A DNA stretch of 64,000 nucleotides from Polyangiaceae bacterium (GTDB lineage: Bacteria; Myxococcota_A; Polyangia; Polyangiales; Polyangiaceae). The stretch is taken from NCBI GenBank assembly GCA_049521295.1, contig JBEKOY010000008.1, positions 15,403-79,402 on the forward strand, given 5' to 3'. The position numbers were made by a program, and so were the translations under genes. Below the pieces are notes generated by a model. The model was given only the letters and a program-made list of their open reading frames with translations. It was not told where the DNA came from and ran no database searches. Shown here in pieces: positions 18,546 to 28,676 of the stretch; the first letter of the stretch is position 1; each line of letters begins with the position of its first letter.

Positions 18546-19292
18546 CTAGTTCCTTTCGGAGTCTTCCGCGGTATCGCCCCGCGAACGCGAGGCCGCCGCG
18601 GCGCGCTCCGCCTTCTTGCTCTCGTCTCCCGCGGCAGTCGGGATCGCCTTCAGATGCGCGAGCAGCACGTGCCCGAGCGCTTCCGTGTTCGCGACCGTTC
18701 CGCGGACGACGCGCTGAAACGCGTTGAACGCCGCCACAGCGGGGATCGCAATGAGGATACCGATCGCAGTCGCGACGAGGGCCTCCGAAATGCGTGCCAT
18801 GACCGCTTCCGGCGCAAGTTGCGTGGATTGTCCGGCCGCAGCCGACTTCACTTTGCTCAACTCGTCGAATGCGGCGACGATGCCGATGACGGTCCCGAGC
18901 AGTCCAATGAATGGGGCGTTATTACCGAGCGTTCCGAGAAACGCGAGGCGCTTCTCGAGCTTGAGGCGTTGAAGCGCGCTCGCCCCTTCCATCGCCTCTT
19001 CCGCCGCATCGACGCCGTGGACGGCTTCCACCACGCCCGCGACGACGACGGCTGCCTCGGCGCTGCGGGACGCCTCAAGGCGCTGCCGGGCGCCTTCCAA
19101 GTCTCCGCCGCGGAGCAGTCGTCCGAAATCGCGCAACAACCCTTCGATATCGTCGCGCAGCGACCAGTAGAGCCATGCGCGCTCGAGCATGATGGCCAGG
19201 GAAATGATGCTGAGGACCAGCATGAGCACGAGGATCCACCCCGTGCCGAGGCCGACCATCGCGCTTTTGACTCGCTCAATCAGTGAGTTCAC
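18546..19292 (-). CDS. exbB: MotA/TolQ/ExbB proton-channel protein
   Basis: TM helices and the conserved LGTLGNNAPFIGLLGTVIGI segment. Start re-set to GTG 19292, preceded by the GAGGAA RBS-like motif. Confidence 0.85.
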   Translation of the reverse strand: MNSLIERVKSAMVGLGTGWILVLMLVLSIISLAIMLERAWLYWSLRDDIEGLLRDFGRLLRGGDLEGARQRLEASRSAEAAVVVAGVVEAVHGVDAAEEAMEGASALQRLKLEKRLAFLGTLGNNAPFIGLLGTVIGIVAAFDELSKVKSAAAGQSTQLAPEAVMARISEALVATAIGILIAIPAVAAFNAFQRVVRGTVANTEALGHVLLAHLKAIPTAAGDESKKAERAAAASRSRGDTAEDSERN

Positions 19293-19311
19293 TCGGTATT
19301 TCCTCGTCGTC

Positions 19312-20382
19312 TCATGCGCCGCCGTCGTCGCGCGCTTCGTCGATGGCCAGGGCGGTCGCAAGAACGGTCGTCGCGTAGGCACCCTTCGGTAGCACGAAGT
19401 GGACGCGTACGCTGGCCGCGCCATGACCGGAAATGTCGTCGGGAGACTCCGAAAGTTCCCAACGCAGGTCTTGTACCCAGACCCGCAACGGGCGGCGCGT
19501 TCCTTCGCCTAAGGTCCGAGTGCGAGAAATGTCGGTGCCGACTCCGAGGATTTCCGAGGTCATGCGGTGCTCCAGTTCCCCAGGCCTACCCTCGGCGGCG
19601 CGCATCCGAACACCGACCATGGGTCCTGTCGGTGACAGTTCGCCGGTAACCGCCCGTTCGTGATCCGTCTGAACGTCCGAACAGACGAAGAGCCCGCCGG
19701 ATGCGCGGAGCTTCAGCACGTCGCCTTCGAGCGGCGTCGCCCACGTGCTGTCGCGTATCCGGGCTTCGAGCACGGCGTTGAAGATCGCAGCTTGAAGCGA
19801 TGACCACAGCAGACGCAGCATCCGCGGGTCGCGCGGACCGCGCTCTTCACCCCGGAGCCACGCCAGCGCACGGGCGGCGTTGTCGCCTGCGCTCCCGAAG
19901 CGTTGTGGGCCGAACGCGTTCGGCACACCGCTCTTGGCGATTTGATCGAGCGCGGCGGACACCTGCTCGAGACCTTGGCGCGGGACGTCGCGCACGACGA
20001 TGTCGAACCGATTGCCGGCCAAGTGACCGGGCTTGAGCTTGTGCCCGTGGGGCGTTGCGTCGTGCACGCGGATGCCGGCTAGCGACAGGTCGCGTGCTCG
20101 CTGCGCCAGCTCGAACGCGGAACATCCGCCTCGAGCGTGAAGCGAGACAGTCTGCGTCGTGACGGCGTGCCGGTCCTTCATGCCTGCGAAGCCCGCTTCG
20201 CGCGAGTCGCACGCGAGCGCTCGCGCGATCGCGCGCACAGCGTCTGGGGTGGTCCAGTCGGTCTTCGTGAACCGGATGAAGACATGCTCCCCCGCGCCGC
20301 TCGGCTCGTACGAGGGGATCTCTTCGACGACGAAGTCCTCCGGGCGCTCTTTGATTCGGCCGCGTGCCAGGGCGATGGGCAT
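19312..20382 (-). CDS. truD: tRNA pseudouridine(13) synthase TruD
   Basis: PEDFVVEE...GEHVFIRFTK...FAGMKDRHAVTTQ, which includes the catalytic-Asp motif. Confidence 0.85.
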   Translation of the reverse strand: MPIALARGRIKERPEDFVVEEIPSYEPSGAGEHVFIRFTKTDWTTPDAVRAIARALACDSREAGFAGMKDRHAVTTQTVSLHARGGCSAFELAQRARDLSLAGIRVHDATPHGHKLKPGHLAGNRFDIVVRDVPRQGLEQVSAALDQIAKSGVPNAFGPQRFGSAGDNAARALAWLRGEERGPRDPRMLRLLWSSLQAAIFNAVLEARIRDSTWATPLEGDVLKLRASGGLFVCSDVQTDHERAVTGELSPTGPMVGVRMRAAEGRPGELEHRMTSEILGVGTDISRTRTLGEGTRRPLRVWVQDLRWELSESPDDISGHGAASVRVHFVLPKGAYATTVLATALAIDEARDDGGA

Positions 20383-20445
20383 GCCGCCGGCAAGCGTAAC
20401 CTGCTCGCAGCCGGGGTTCGAGCCATGTCGATTGCCGAGAGGCCG

Positions 20446-21987
20446 CTAACCGAGTTCGTGCGCCATTTCGTCGCGAGGGCTTCGAAAATATTGTTGCGGC
20501 GAATAAAAGAGAAAGTTACTCACCCGCGACGTGTACAGGCAGGCGTATTCCTCGACCTGGGCTCCGAAGCTCGACTCCTCGTTCTCTTCTTTCAGCAGCG
20601 AGCCCCAGAACGGATGAAACCTCTGATCGACTCGCCGCTCGATGGCGTGGACCTCCGCGTCGACCCAACGGAGCCGCGCTCGAACCCGATCGATTGAGCG
20701 CTTGACGCGGCCGCGTTCGGCTTCGGTTCCGCTCGCCCCGACGCCGTTGGTCTTCGCGTGCTGTTCGAGACGACGCGTCAACTCCTTGAACCGGTTTTGG
20801 TAAAACCGCAACTCGTCTTCGAGCCGGTCGCGTCCACTCTCGAGCTGTTCGGCACGGGCGAAGTCGTCGCGACACGAGTCGTGTGCGAGGACCTCTCCTT
20901 CGAGCTCCTGAATGATCATCGCCGTCCGCCAAGCACTCTCCTTTTTGCTGCGCAAGATGTCGCCGTAAATATGGTCGCCGACGTACAGGATGTCGTCGCC
21001 TGCGGCGCCCAGGGCGCGCTCGAGATCATGCAGGTTTCCGCCCTCGTAGACGTGGCCGCGCTCGAGCGGGAAGCCGGCCGGCTCGAGCCGGTCGCCGTTG
21101 CGCATGAAGAGCGGGCGCTTCTCTTGAAAAAAAGCGGGCTTCGTCGCGGCGACGACCACGACGTCGAAGTAGTTGCGCCAGTGGGGATATTCCGTCATCC
21201 CGCCGTCGAGCAGGTACGTCATCATGCGGTCCGTGTAGGACCAGCGCGAATTGGTGAGCAGAAACAATTTTTTCCCGGCACTTCGCAACTTGTGGAGCGT
21301 CGGTGCGAGGTCCGGATCCTTGGCCACGAAGCGGCCGAAGGCACCGGTGACGGTCTCGAGAATCGTGCCGTCGCGGTGCGCCTCGTCGATGCTCTCGCGA
21401 ATATCCGTAAAAGCGCGCGCATAGTCGATGGCCTGGCCACGTTCTTCGATGGCGGCCACCAGGGCCGCGTAGAGCGCGGCCTCGCTCAAGGCGTACAGGG
21501 TATCGATCCAGTGGTATCGCGGCGTCGCCGGGCGGATCTTTTTCGAGTGGTAAAGCTCTCGGAGCTCGTCCGCCCCGAGCTCGCGAAAGCCGTGGTATCC
21601 CTTGGTCACGAACTTGTAGCGGTTCATTTTCAAGATGTGACCGAACCGCTTGTCGATGAGCAATCCGCGGACCGGAAAAACGGTCGAGTAGTGGATGTTG
21701 CGGATGAACTCGGGGTAGCCCCGGGCGATGAGCTTCTCGATGGTCGCCTTGATGGACAGCTCGTCCATTTCTCGCTGGTCGTAAATCGCCAGCGTGTAGT
21801 CCATATCGAAGCCGACCCACGCGATGTTGGCCAGACGCAAATTGCGGTTGCAGAAGATTCGGCGGTGACGCGCAATACCCGAGGCCTGGCGCGCCAGGAA
21901 CTCCTCGATCGGGAGCGACAGCTGGGGAGAGTCCACGGGAGCTTGGCGGGAGCGAGGCGGCTCGCGCACCACTTTCCAATCTCCCAT
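20446..21987 (-). CDS. HAD-superfamily cytosolic 5'-nucleotidase (cN-II-like, Pfam 5_nucleotid type)
   Basis: IFCNRNLRLANIAWVGFDMDYTLAIY (DxDxT motif), LFLLTNS and YVGDHIYGDILRSKK. The C-terminus has a coiled-coil-like extension. Confidence 0.8.
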   Translation of the reverse strand: MGDWKVVREPPRSRQAPVDSPQLSLPIEEFLARQASGIARHRRIFCNRNLRLANIAWVGFDMDYTLAIYDQREMDELSIKATIEKLIARGYPEFIRNIHYSTVFPVRGLLIDKRFGHILKMNRYKFVTKGYHGFRELGADELRELYHSKKIRPATPRYHWIDTLYALSEAALYAALVAAIEERGQAIDYARAFTDIRESIDEAHRDGTILETVTGAFGRFVAKDPDLAPTLHKLRSAGKKLFLLTNSRWSYTDRMMTYLLDGGMTEYPHWRNYFDVVVVAATKPAFFQEKRPLFMRNGDRLEPAGFPLERGHVYEGGNLHDLERALGAAGDDILYVGDHIYGDILRSKKESAWRTAMIIQELEGEVLAHDSCRDDFARAEQLESGRDRLEDELRFYQNRFKELTRRLEQHAKTNGVGASGTEAERGRVKRSIDRVRARLRWVDAEVHAIERRVDQRFHPFWGSLLKEENEESSFGAQVEEYACLYTSRVSNFLFYSPQQYFRSPRDEMAHELG

Positions 21988-22026
21988 GCGAGGCTCGGCG
22001 TTGCAAACGACTGAGCCGCTCGAATG

Positions 22027-23070
22027 TTATTCGACGCGCCCGCTGCGCGAGAATTTCGTTCGCGAAGGTCCCGGCGCGTCGTTCGCCTCGATAGCCTCGG
22101 TGGCGAAGTCGTGCGGCTCCACCGCAGGCGCTGAAGCCGCATCGGGAGAGGGCACCCACTTCGGCGCGCCCGGAACGTCGCTGCAACAGCGAAAGCCGAC
22201 GAAATAATACTCGAAGCCGGGCTCGTGGCTAAACGTCATCGGACGGCACTGGCTCCGGACGTGCCCCCAGGCCCCACCCTTCAGCCCGGCCCAATGCGAG
22301 GCCTCCCGCGGCGCAACGTCGCTCGTGACCCACTCGTCGAAATTGCCCGTCATATCGTACACGCCGAACCCGCTCTTGCACGACTCCATCGACCCGCTCG
22401 GAACGCTCTGGTCGAGCCGAGCGAGTTCGCGAGCCCGAATCCCCGGGTCTTTGGATTCAAAGTAAAATCCGCCTTTGGGTCCGAATCTTTTCGGCTCGAC
22501 ATAAAAATTATCGATGTTGCACTCGTTATGATTGCGCGCCCACCCATACGGAAATGGCGTGCGCTCGGGGCCTTCGCAGGCGGCTGTCCATTCGCTCGCC
22601 CAACAGAGGCGTTTGCCCAGGGATCCGCAGCTCGCCTGCGCTTGGTACCAGTCGAGCATCCAGACGGGGTGAGCCCCCCGGCGATTCGGGTACTCGTAGC
22701 GATCGATGCAGAACGCGATGCGACGCTCCGGAACGCGGCACCTTTGCTCGTGGGCGAACGCGTGACAAATGGGCAAATGATTCGTCTTCTCTTGCTCCAT
22801 GTCGATGCAGCGACGCTCGACGTCAGGGCAGAAAATCGTATCGACGTAGACCATGTCATCGGGGCATGGCGACGCGTTGGGGGGCGTTTCGCCGGCGGCG
22901 GCCGTGCGAGCGGGCGTGGGCGGCAAGGCTGTCACGGACACGGCGGGTGCCGCCCCTTCTCGGTCGGTCTCGGCCTCCGGCCGTGGCTGCGACGGGAGTG
23001 GAGAAGTCCCGCAGACGATGACGAGAAGGGCGATCGCGAAGGCGAACGCCGCAATCGAAGACGATCGCAT
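22027..23070 (-). CDS. formylglycine-generating-enzyme family (SUMF1/EgtB/PvdO) secreted protein
   Basis: Signal-like MRSSSIAAFAFAIALLVIVCG. The FGE-sulfatase-like core includes YEYPN, MTGNFDEWV and LKGGAWG. Start re-set to ATG 23070 to avoid overlap with the upstream HAD gene. Confidence 0.75.
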   Translation of the reverse strand: MRSSSIAAFAFAIALLVIVCGTSPLPSQPRPEAETDREGAAPAVSVTALPPTPARTAAAGETPPNASPCPDDMVYVDTIFCPDVERRCIDMEQEKTNHLPICHAFAHEQRCRVPERRIAFCIDRYEYPNRRGAHPVWMLDWYQAQASCGSLGKRLCWASEWTAACEGPERTPFPYGWARNHNECNIDNFYVEPKRFGPKGGFYFESKDPGIRARELARLDQSVPSGSMESCKSGFGVYDMTGNFDEWVTSDVAPREASHWAGLKGGAWGHVRSQCRPMTFSHEPGFEYYFVGFRCCSDVPGAPKWVPSPDAASAPAVEPHDFATEAIEANDAPGPSRTKFSRSGRVE

Positions 23071-23120
23071 CGACGGTGCGCAACCTCTCACGCACCTGCC
23101 GGGTGGGGCAAGTCGGCCCT

Positions 23121-23798
23121 TTAGCTCAGGATGCGATCGACGAGTGCGTTGCCGCACGCATCGACGATGGCGTCCGCCCCGGCCGCTTCGAGCTCCGCGC
23201 GCGCACGCGCATCCAATGCGACGCCGATGACGCGCGCCCCGATGGCGCGCCCCGCGAGTACGTCGCGGTCCGTGTCGCCGACGACGACGACTTCGTCCGG
23301 GCGGTTACGGCCGCAGCGGTCGGCCGCGAGGCGGACGATGTCGGCGCGCGGCTCCGCATCGCAACCGAACCCTCCGAGTCCGAAGTCGAAGGTCGCGCCG
23401 AGGCCGGCGGACGTGAGCTTGATGCGAGCTCCTTCGCGCACGTTGCCCGTCGCGATGCCGACGACGATACCTTTCTCGCGCAGTTGCCGGACCGCAGAGT
23501 CGACCGGTCCGACCGGACGGTAGCTACGGGTCTGGACCACCTCCCCCAAGTGGGCAAGGTAACGCACGAGCAGCCGGTCGATCGCTTTCTCGTCGTCGTA
23601 GACTCCGGCGCGCAGGAGCAGGGCCCGCACGAGAGCCCGATCGGTCGCACCTGCGACCCGGAGACCGTCGGTCGTGCCCTCGAGCCCATAGTCGTCGCGC
23701 ATCGCTCGATCGAGCGCCGTTCGTCCCGGGCCCGGCGGGGGTCCTTGGTACGTCACGACGGTGCCGTCGAGATCGAAAAGCACGATGCGGGGTTGCAC
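23121..23798 (-). CDS. HAD-family hydrolase (phosphoglycolate-phosphatase-like)
   Basis: Motifs IVLFDLDGTVV (motif I), GIATGN and VVVGDTDRDVLAG (motif IV). Confidence 0.8.
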   Translation of the reverse strand: MQPRIVLFDLDGTVVTYQGPPPGPGRTALDRAMRDDYGLEGTTDGLRVAGATDRALVRALLLRAGVYDDEKAIDRLLVRYLAHLGEVVQTRSYRPVGPVDSAVRQLREKGIVVGIATGNVREGARIKLTSAGLGATFDFGLGGFGCDAEPRADIVRLAADRCGRNRPDEVVVVGDTDRDVLAGRAIGARVIGVALDARARAELEAAGADAIVDACGNALVDRILS

Positions 23799-23828
23799 GC
23801 CACGCCCAAGGTAACGAAAATAGCGAGG

Positions 23829-24122
23829 TCAGTCGCTGTCATCGCGCTCGCGCCGCGGATCTTTCGACAGATCCGCCGTCACTTCATCGACCGTTGCAGC
23901 ACCTGAACCGGGTCGGCTCGATTTCGCGCCGGGCGGTCGGACGCTGCTGGATCGGCGAGGCGCCTTGGTCTCCCGGGTCTTCGCCGGCGGTGGCTCGGTC
24001 GGAGCCTCCGATCGATTTCGAGCCTCCTTGGGAGCCGGGCCGCTCTCGGGTCGCGCCACCTTGACGCGTCGCAGATCCGGCTCCGTATCGGGCTCAGGAG
24101 GAAACGGCTTCTTTCGCTGCAT
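23829..24122 (-). CDS. small basic, Pro/Arg/Lys-rich hypothetical protein
   Basis: 97-aa ORF lying 30 nt upstream of the HAD gene on the same strand. Codon bias is acceptable, but the sequence is low-complexity and no family was recognised. Confidence 0.35.
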   Translation of the reverse strand: MQRKKPFPPEPDTEPDLRRVKVARPESGPAPKEARNRSEAPTEPPPAKTRETKAPRRSSSVRPPGAKSSRPGSGAATVDEVTADLSKDPRRERDDSD

Positions 24123-24357
24123 AGCCTAAGGTGAGTCTTGGCAGCGTAGCCCCGGGGCGCAATTTTTCAACGATCGCCCCCGCGGCAAGCCTTGGCCCAT
24201 GGGAGGGCCCATCGCGCTTGGCGTCGCCCGCCATGAGCCGTTGGCAGTGGCGCAACGACGCCTTCTGCCCGACGGACGCGTCCGTCTCGTCCCGCCTCGC
24301 TCCGCGCCGATTGGGTCTCCTCAACCTGGGAACGGCCCCGAAGGATGTTGGAAATGC

Positions 24358-25377
24358 CTAGGGCGTCGGGAAAGGGGACGGCGAGCCATCTGGCAAGAGA
24401 AGGGCGATCAGAGCCGGGTCCACGGCGCCTTCGGGGGGAGCGGATTCGAGGAGCGGCTGCATCGGTGCGCTCGAAAGCGTGTTCCAATAGAGGGTGCACC
24501 CGGCGCGCCGTGCCCGTACGTGCCAGAGAGCGCAGGCAAACGCCTTGGCCGTGTAGGTCGGGTCGAGAAGCAAGCTCGCTCGATCGTGAGCTGCTCGCAT
24601 CGCTGCCTCTCCGTCTTGTGTCGGGTGACCGTATCCGCGCCCCAAGAACCGGTCGTCGAGCGTGAGACAACGGCCGATGGCCGCATGGGACAACCGCTCA
24701 CCGAAGCGTCGTGCGCAGGCTCGCGCGAGCGCGGTCGTCACGATGCCCAGAGCGCGTCGTAGAGGCACGACGCAGACGCCGACGACTCGCGTTTTCATGC
24801 GTTCGAACGCGAAACCGGCCGCCAGCCCCGCCGCGGTACCGCCGGAGCCCAAGGCGACGACGCAGACGTCGGGCTCCGGCATGGCGCCGCTGCGCACTTG
24901 CGCGGCCAGCTCGCGAGCCGCGTGGAAGTAGCCGCTCGCGCCATCGACGTTCGATCCTCCCGGCGGCACCAGCCGCCCGCCTGCGACGGTTCGAAGGCCG
25001 ACCATGAAAGGGACCGCTGCCATCGACCGCGCGGCAAACGCTCTCAGTCCGCAAGCAAGGCCGGCGCGAAGCACTTCGACGGCATGCCCCGTCCGAGGCT
25101 GTGGAAAGAGTACCGCCTCAACGTCCAAACCCAACTGGCGACCGAAATACGCGGTTGCCAGAACGTGGTGACTGCCGACGGCACCGACGGTCACGATGCG
25201 ACGCGCGCCGACCGCCAGCGCTCGCGCGAGAATTATCTCCAATTTCCGAACTTTGTTCCCTCCGTACGCCCCGTTCGTCCGATCGTCGCGTTTCACCCAG
25301 AGGTCGGCGCCGGGAGCCGAAAGTGCCGCGAGGTGCTGCACGGCGGTGGGGTACGTGCCGAGCGCGATCGGAAGCAT
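24358..25377 (-). CDS. PLP-dependent ACC deaminase / D-cysteine desulfhydrase family protein
   Basis: RDDRTNGAYGGNKVRKLE (PLP-lysine motif) and GSGGTAAGL (glycine loop). Confidence 0.8.
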   Translation of the reverse strand: MLPIALGTYPTAVQHLAALSAPGADLWVKRDDRTNGAYGGNKVRKLEIILARALAVGARRIVTVGAVGSHHVLATAYFGRQLGLDVEAVLFPQPRTGHAVEVLRAGLACGLRAFAARSMAAVPFMVGLRTVAGGRLVPPGGSNVDGASGYFHAARELAAQVRSGAMPEPDVCVVALGSGGTAAGLAAGFAFERMKTRVVGVCVVPLRRALGIVTTALARACARRFGERLSHAAIGRCLTLDDRFLGRGYGHPTQDGEAAMRAAHDRASLLLDPTYTAKAFACALWHVRARRAGCTLYWNTLSSAPMQPLLESAPPEGAVDPALIALLLPDGSPSPFPTP

Positions 25378-25451
25378 GGCTGGGAGTTCCCAAAGACGGT
25401 ATCAGGATGGGGCGAATCATCGTTGCGTCGAAACACTTGGGAAACGTATGA

Positions 25452-25874
<423 letters not shown>

Positions 25875-25972
25875 CGAACTTCAGGTTGGCGTCTTGCCCA
25901 TCTACGTCGGTCGGGACCGTGCCCCGGCCGACGCGTATGAGGCGGGGGGTTAAGTAGGTTTCCGGAGGAAAT

Positions 25973-27388
25973 ATGACACCCAAGGAAGTGTTCGAGCTCG
26001 CAAAGAAACACGACGTCAAGTACGTCGATCTGAAGTTCATCGACTTTCCCGGCGTGTGGCAGCACACGACCATCCCAGCGAACCGTCTGAACGAGGGACT
26101 CTTCGAGGACGGCCTCGCATTCGACGGTTCGTCCATTCGGGGATGGCAGCCCATCAACGCGTCCGACATGGTCATGATCCCCGACCCGGAGACCGCGAAG
26201 ATCGACCCGTTCTATTCCACCCCGACCCTCAGCCTGATTTGCTCCATTTTCGATCCCATTACCAAGCAGCCGTACTCGCGCGACCCACGCCACATCGCGA
26301 AAAAGGCGGAAGCGTATCTGCGCCAAACCGGAATCGGTGACACGTCGTTCATGGGCCCCGAGGCCGAGTTCTTTTTGTTCGACGACGTCCGCTTCGATCA
26401 GTCCCAGCCAAACTGCGGCTACTATTACATCGACAGCGTCGAAGGCGCATGGAACAGCGGTCGCGAAGAGTTCCCGAACCTCGGTTACAAGACGCGTCAC
26501 AAGGAAGGGTACTTCCCGGTTCCGCCGACCGACACGTTGGCCGAGCTCCGGCAGGCGATCATGACGACGCTGCAGGAGACGGGCGTCGAAGTCGAAGTCG
26601 GGCACCACGAGGTCGCCTCGGGCGGCCAGTGCGAAATCGGTGTAAAGTTCAATCGACTGAGCGCCTGCGCCGACCAGCTCATGTGGTTCAAATACGTCGT
26701 CAAGAACGTCGCGCGCAAGCACGGCAAGGCGGCGACGTTCATGCCCAAGCCGATGTTCGGTGACAACGGAAGTGGCATGCATACGCACCAGTCGATCTGG
26801 AAAGAGGGCAAGCCGCTATTCGCCGGCGACGGCTACGCGGGGCTTTCGGACATGGCGCTTCACTACATCGGAGGGATCATCAAGCATGCGAAATCGATCG
26901 CGGCACTGACGAACCCGACCACCAACTCGTACCGCCGACTCGTCCCTGGCTTCGAGGCGCCGATCAATCTCGCCTACTCGAGTCGCAACCGTTCGGCCAG
27001 CGTGCGCATTCCAATTACGGGACCGAATCCGAAGACGCGTCGCATCGAAGTGCGCTTTCCGGATCCGAGCTGTAACCCATACCTGGCGTTCAGCGCGATG
27101 CTGCTGGCCGGCCTCGACGGCATCCAGAACAAGATCAACCCGGGCGATCCGCTCGACAAGGATATCTATGCCCTTTCGCCGGAGGAGTTGAAGGAAGTGC
27201 CCCACATGCCCGGCAGCCTCGAGGAAGCCCTCGACGCCGTAGAGCGGGATCACGAATTTCTCGTGCGCGGAGACGTGTTCACGAAGGACGCGATTCACGA
27301 ATGGCTAGACTACAAGCGCAACCGTGAACTTACCCCGGTTCGCATGCGTCCGACCCCGTACGAATTTTATCTCTACTTCGATATCTGA
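25973..27388 (+). CDS. glnA: glutamine synthetase type I
   Basis: 471 aa with the [28 protein letters not shown] and [13 protein letters not shown] motifs. A GGAGGAA RBS lies at 25964. Confidence 0.95.
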   Translation: MTPKEVFELAKKHDVKYVDLKFIDFPGVWQHTTIPANRLNEGLFEDGLAFDGSSIRGWQPINASDMVMIPDPETAKIDPFYSTPTLSLICSIFDPITKQPYSRDPRHIAKKAEAYLRQTGIGDTSFMGPEAEFFLFDDVRFDQSQPNCGYYYIDSVEGAWNSGREEFPNLGYKTRHKEGYFPVPPTDTLAELRQAIMTTLQETGVEVEVGHHEVASGGQCEIGVKFNRLSACADQLMWFKYVVKNVARKHGKAATFMPKPMFGDNGSGMHTHQSIWKEGKPLFAGDGYAGLSDMALHYIGGIIKHAKSIAALTNPTTNSYRRLVPGFEAPINLAYSSRNRSASVRIPITGPNPKTRRIEVRFPDPSCNPYLAFSAMLLAGLDGIQNKINPGDPLDKDIYALSPEELKEVPHMPGSLEEALDAVERDHEFLVRGDVFTKDAIHEWLDYKRNRELTPVRMRPTPYEFYLYFDI

Positions 27389-27421
27389 CCGCGGGTCGCG
27401 TTTCCAGCCGACCCGATCGAG

Positions 27422-27443
27422 CCGGGAAGTGCGACCTTCCCGG
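27422..27443 (+). terminator. candidate GC-rich terminator hairpin after glnA
   Basis: ccgggaag-tgcgac-cttcccgg forms an 8-bp perfect stem with a 6-nt loop, 34 nt after the glnA stop. There is no U-tract. Confidence 0.35.
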
Positions 27444-27473
27444 CCCTCCCGGGCATCCTAGGGAGGCAGTCCG

Positions 27474-28676
27474 ATGAGCGCGAATCGAGTCCTGATCGCT
27501 ACGGCAGTGCTTTCCGCGCTGTCCTGGCTCTTGCATCGGTACGTCTGGGCGCGTCTTCTCCGGGATGCGATGTGGTCTGAGCCGTGGCGCACGGGGCTTA
27601 CCGTCGGAGTCTTCGCACTGGGCGCGCTGATCCCGGTCGCGTTCTTGGCCATCCGATTTCTTCCGCGCGCGGTTCACGTGCCGATCGCGTGGGTGGCCTA
27701 CACGTGGATGGGCTTCTCGCTGTACTTGCTGCTCTTGACGGCGACATTCGATGCGGCGCGCGGTGTCGCCGCTCTCACGCGGACGCGGCCCCTCGACCCG
27801 GAACGACGTATCGCGTTGTCTCGCGCGATCGCCAAGATCGTGGTGGCAACGGCGGGTCTCATTGGACTGGGTGGCCTTGCGAACGTGGCGCGCGGGTTCG
27901 TGCTGCGCCGAGTGCAGGTGCCCATCGCCAAACTGCCTTCGCGTGCGTCCGGCTATTGCATCGTCCAGATCACGGACGTGCACGTGGGGCCGACCATCGG
28001 TCGAGACTTCGTCGACGCCATGGTGAGGGCGACCAATGCTCTTACGCCCGACCTGGTCGTCATCACGGGCGACTTGGTCGACGGAAGCGTCGAGCAGCTG
28101 CGGCACCTTGTCGAGCCGTTGCGCGAGCTGCGAGCGAAGGACGGTGTGTTCTTCGTGACGGGCAATCACGAATACTATTCTGGTGCGGACGAGTGGATTG
28201 CCCACTTGGGGCAACTCGGGATTCGCGTCCTCCGAAACGAGAGGGTCGCCATCCGCGACGCCTTCGATCTGGCGGGCGTCGACGATGCGAGCGCGAACCG
28301 GATGCTGGCCCACCACGGACAAGACGTGGCGCGGGCGCTCTTCGGTCGCGACATGGATCGCCCCGTCGTGCTGCTTGCCCACCAGCCCAAGGCACTGAAG
28401 GACGCGTTGGCCGCTCGCGTCGACCTGCAACTTTCGGGACACGTGCACGGCGGGCAGATGTTTCCGTTCAACTGGCTCGCGCGGATCGATCAGCCACTCA
28501 TTGCAGGGCTCTATCGAGTGGAGCAGACGTGGGTCTACGTCAGCACGGGGACGGGCTACTGGGGTCCGCCGATGCGGGTCGGCCCCCGAGCGGAGCTGAC
28601 GCGCATCGAGCTGGTGGCGATGTTGGATCGCGATGCCGACTTGGGTCCACGCTCCGCATTGGGGACTCGGGGCTAA
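27474..28676 (+). CDS. membrane-bound calcineurin-like metallophosphoesterase
   Basis: About four N-terminal TM helices, then the DVHVG, GDLVD, GNHEY and GHVHGG motifs. Confidence 0.8.
   Translation: MSANRVLIATAVLSALSWLLHRYVWARLLRDAMWSEPWRTGLTVGVFALGALIPVAFLAIRFLPRAVHVPIAWVAYTWMGFSLYLLLLTATFDAARGVAALTRTRPLDPERRIALSRAIAKIVVATAGLIGLGGLANVARGFVLRRVQVPIAKLPSRASGYCIVQITDVHVGPTIGRDFVDAMVRATNALTPDLVVITGDLVDGSVEQLRHLVEPLRELRAKDGVFFVTGNHEYYSGADEWIAHLGQLGIRVLRNERVAIRDAFDLAGVDDASANRMLAHHGQDVARALFGRDMDRPVVLLAHQPKALKDALAARVDLQLSGHVHGGQMFPFNWLARIDQPLIAGLYRVEQTWVYVSTGTGYWGPPMRVGPRAELTRIELVAMLDRDADLGPRSALGTRG

Noticed and set aside
17203-19292. MotA/ExbB-like + ExbD-like genes considered as a Zorya-type defence system
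   Set aside because: The proteins are standard small ExbB (249 aa) and ExbD (141 aa), followed by a Pro-rich TonB. There are no large ZorA-like tail, ZorC or ZorD genes. This is an ordinary Ton system.
20405-20425. tRNA T-loop-like string ggggttcgagcc in the truD/nucleotidase spacer
   Set aside because: The flanking bases cannot form the T-stem (ccggg...ccatg), and no acceptor or anticodon arms could be built. It is not a tRNA.
27474-28676. Metallophosphoesterase considered as the PdeM member of the ligase-associated cluster
   Set aside because: It is on the opposite strand (convergent) and has about four N-terminal TM helices, so it is YkuE/YaeI-like rather than PdeM-like.
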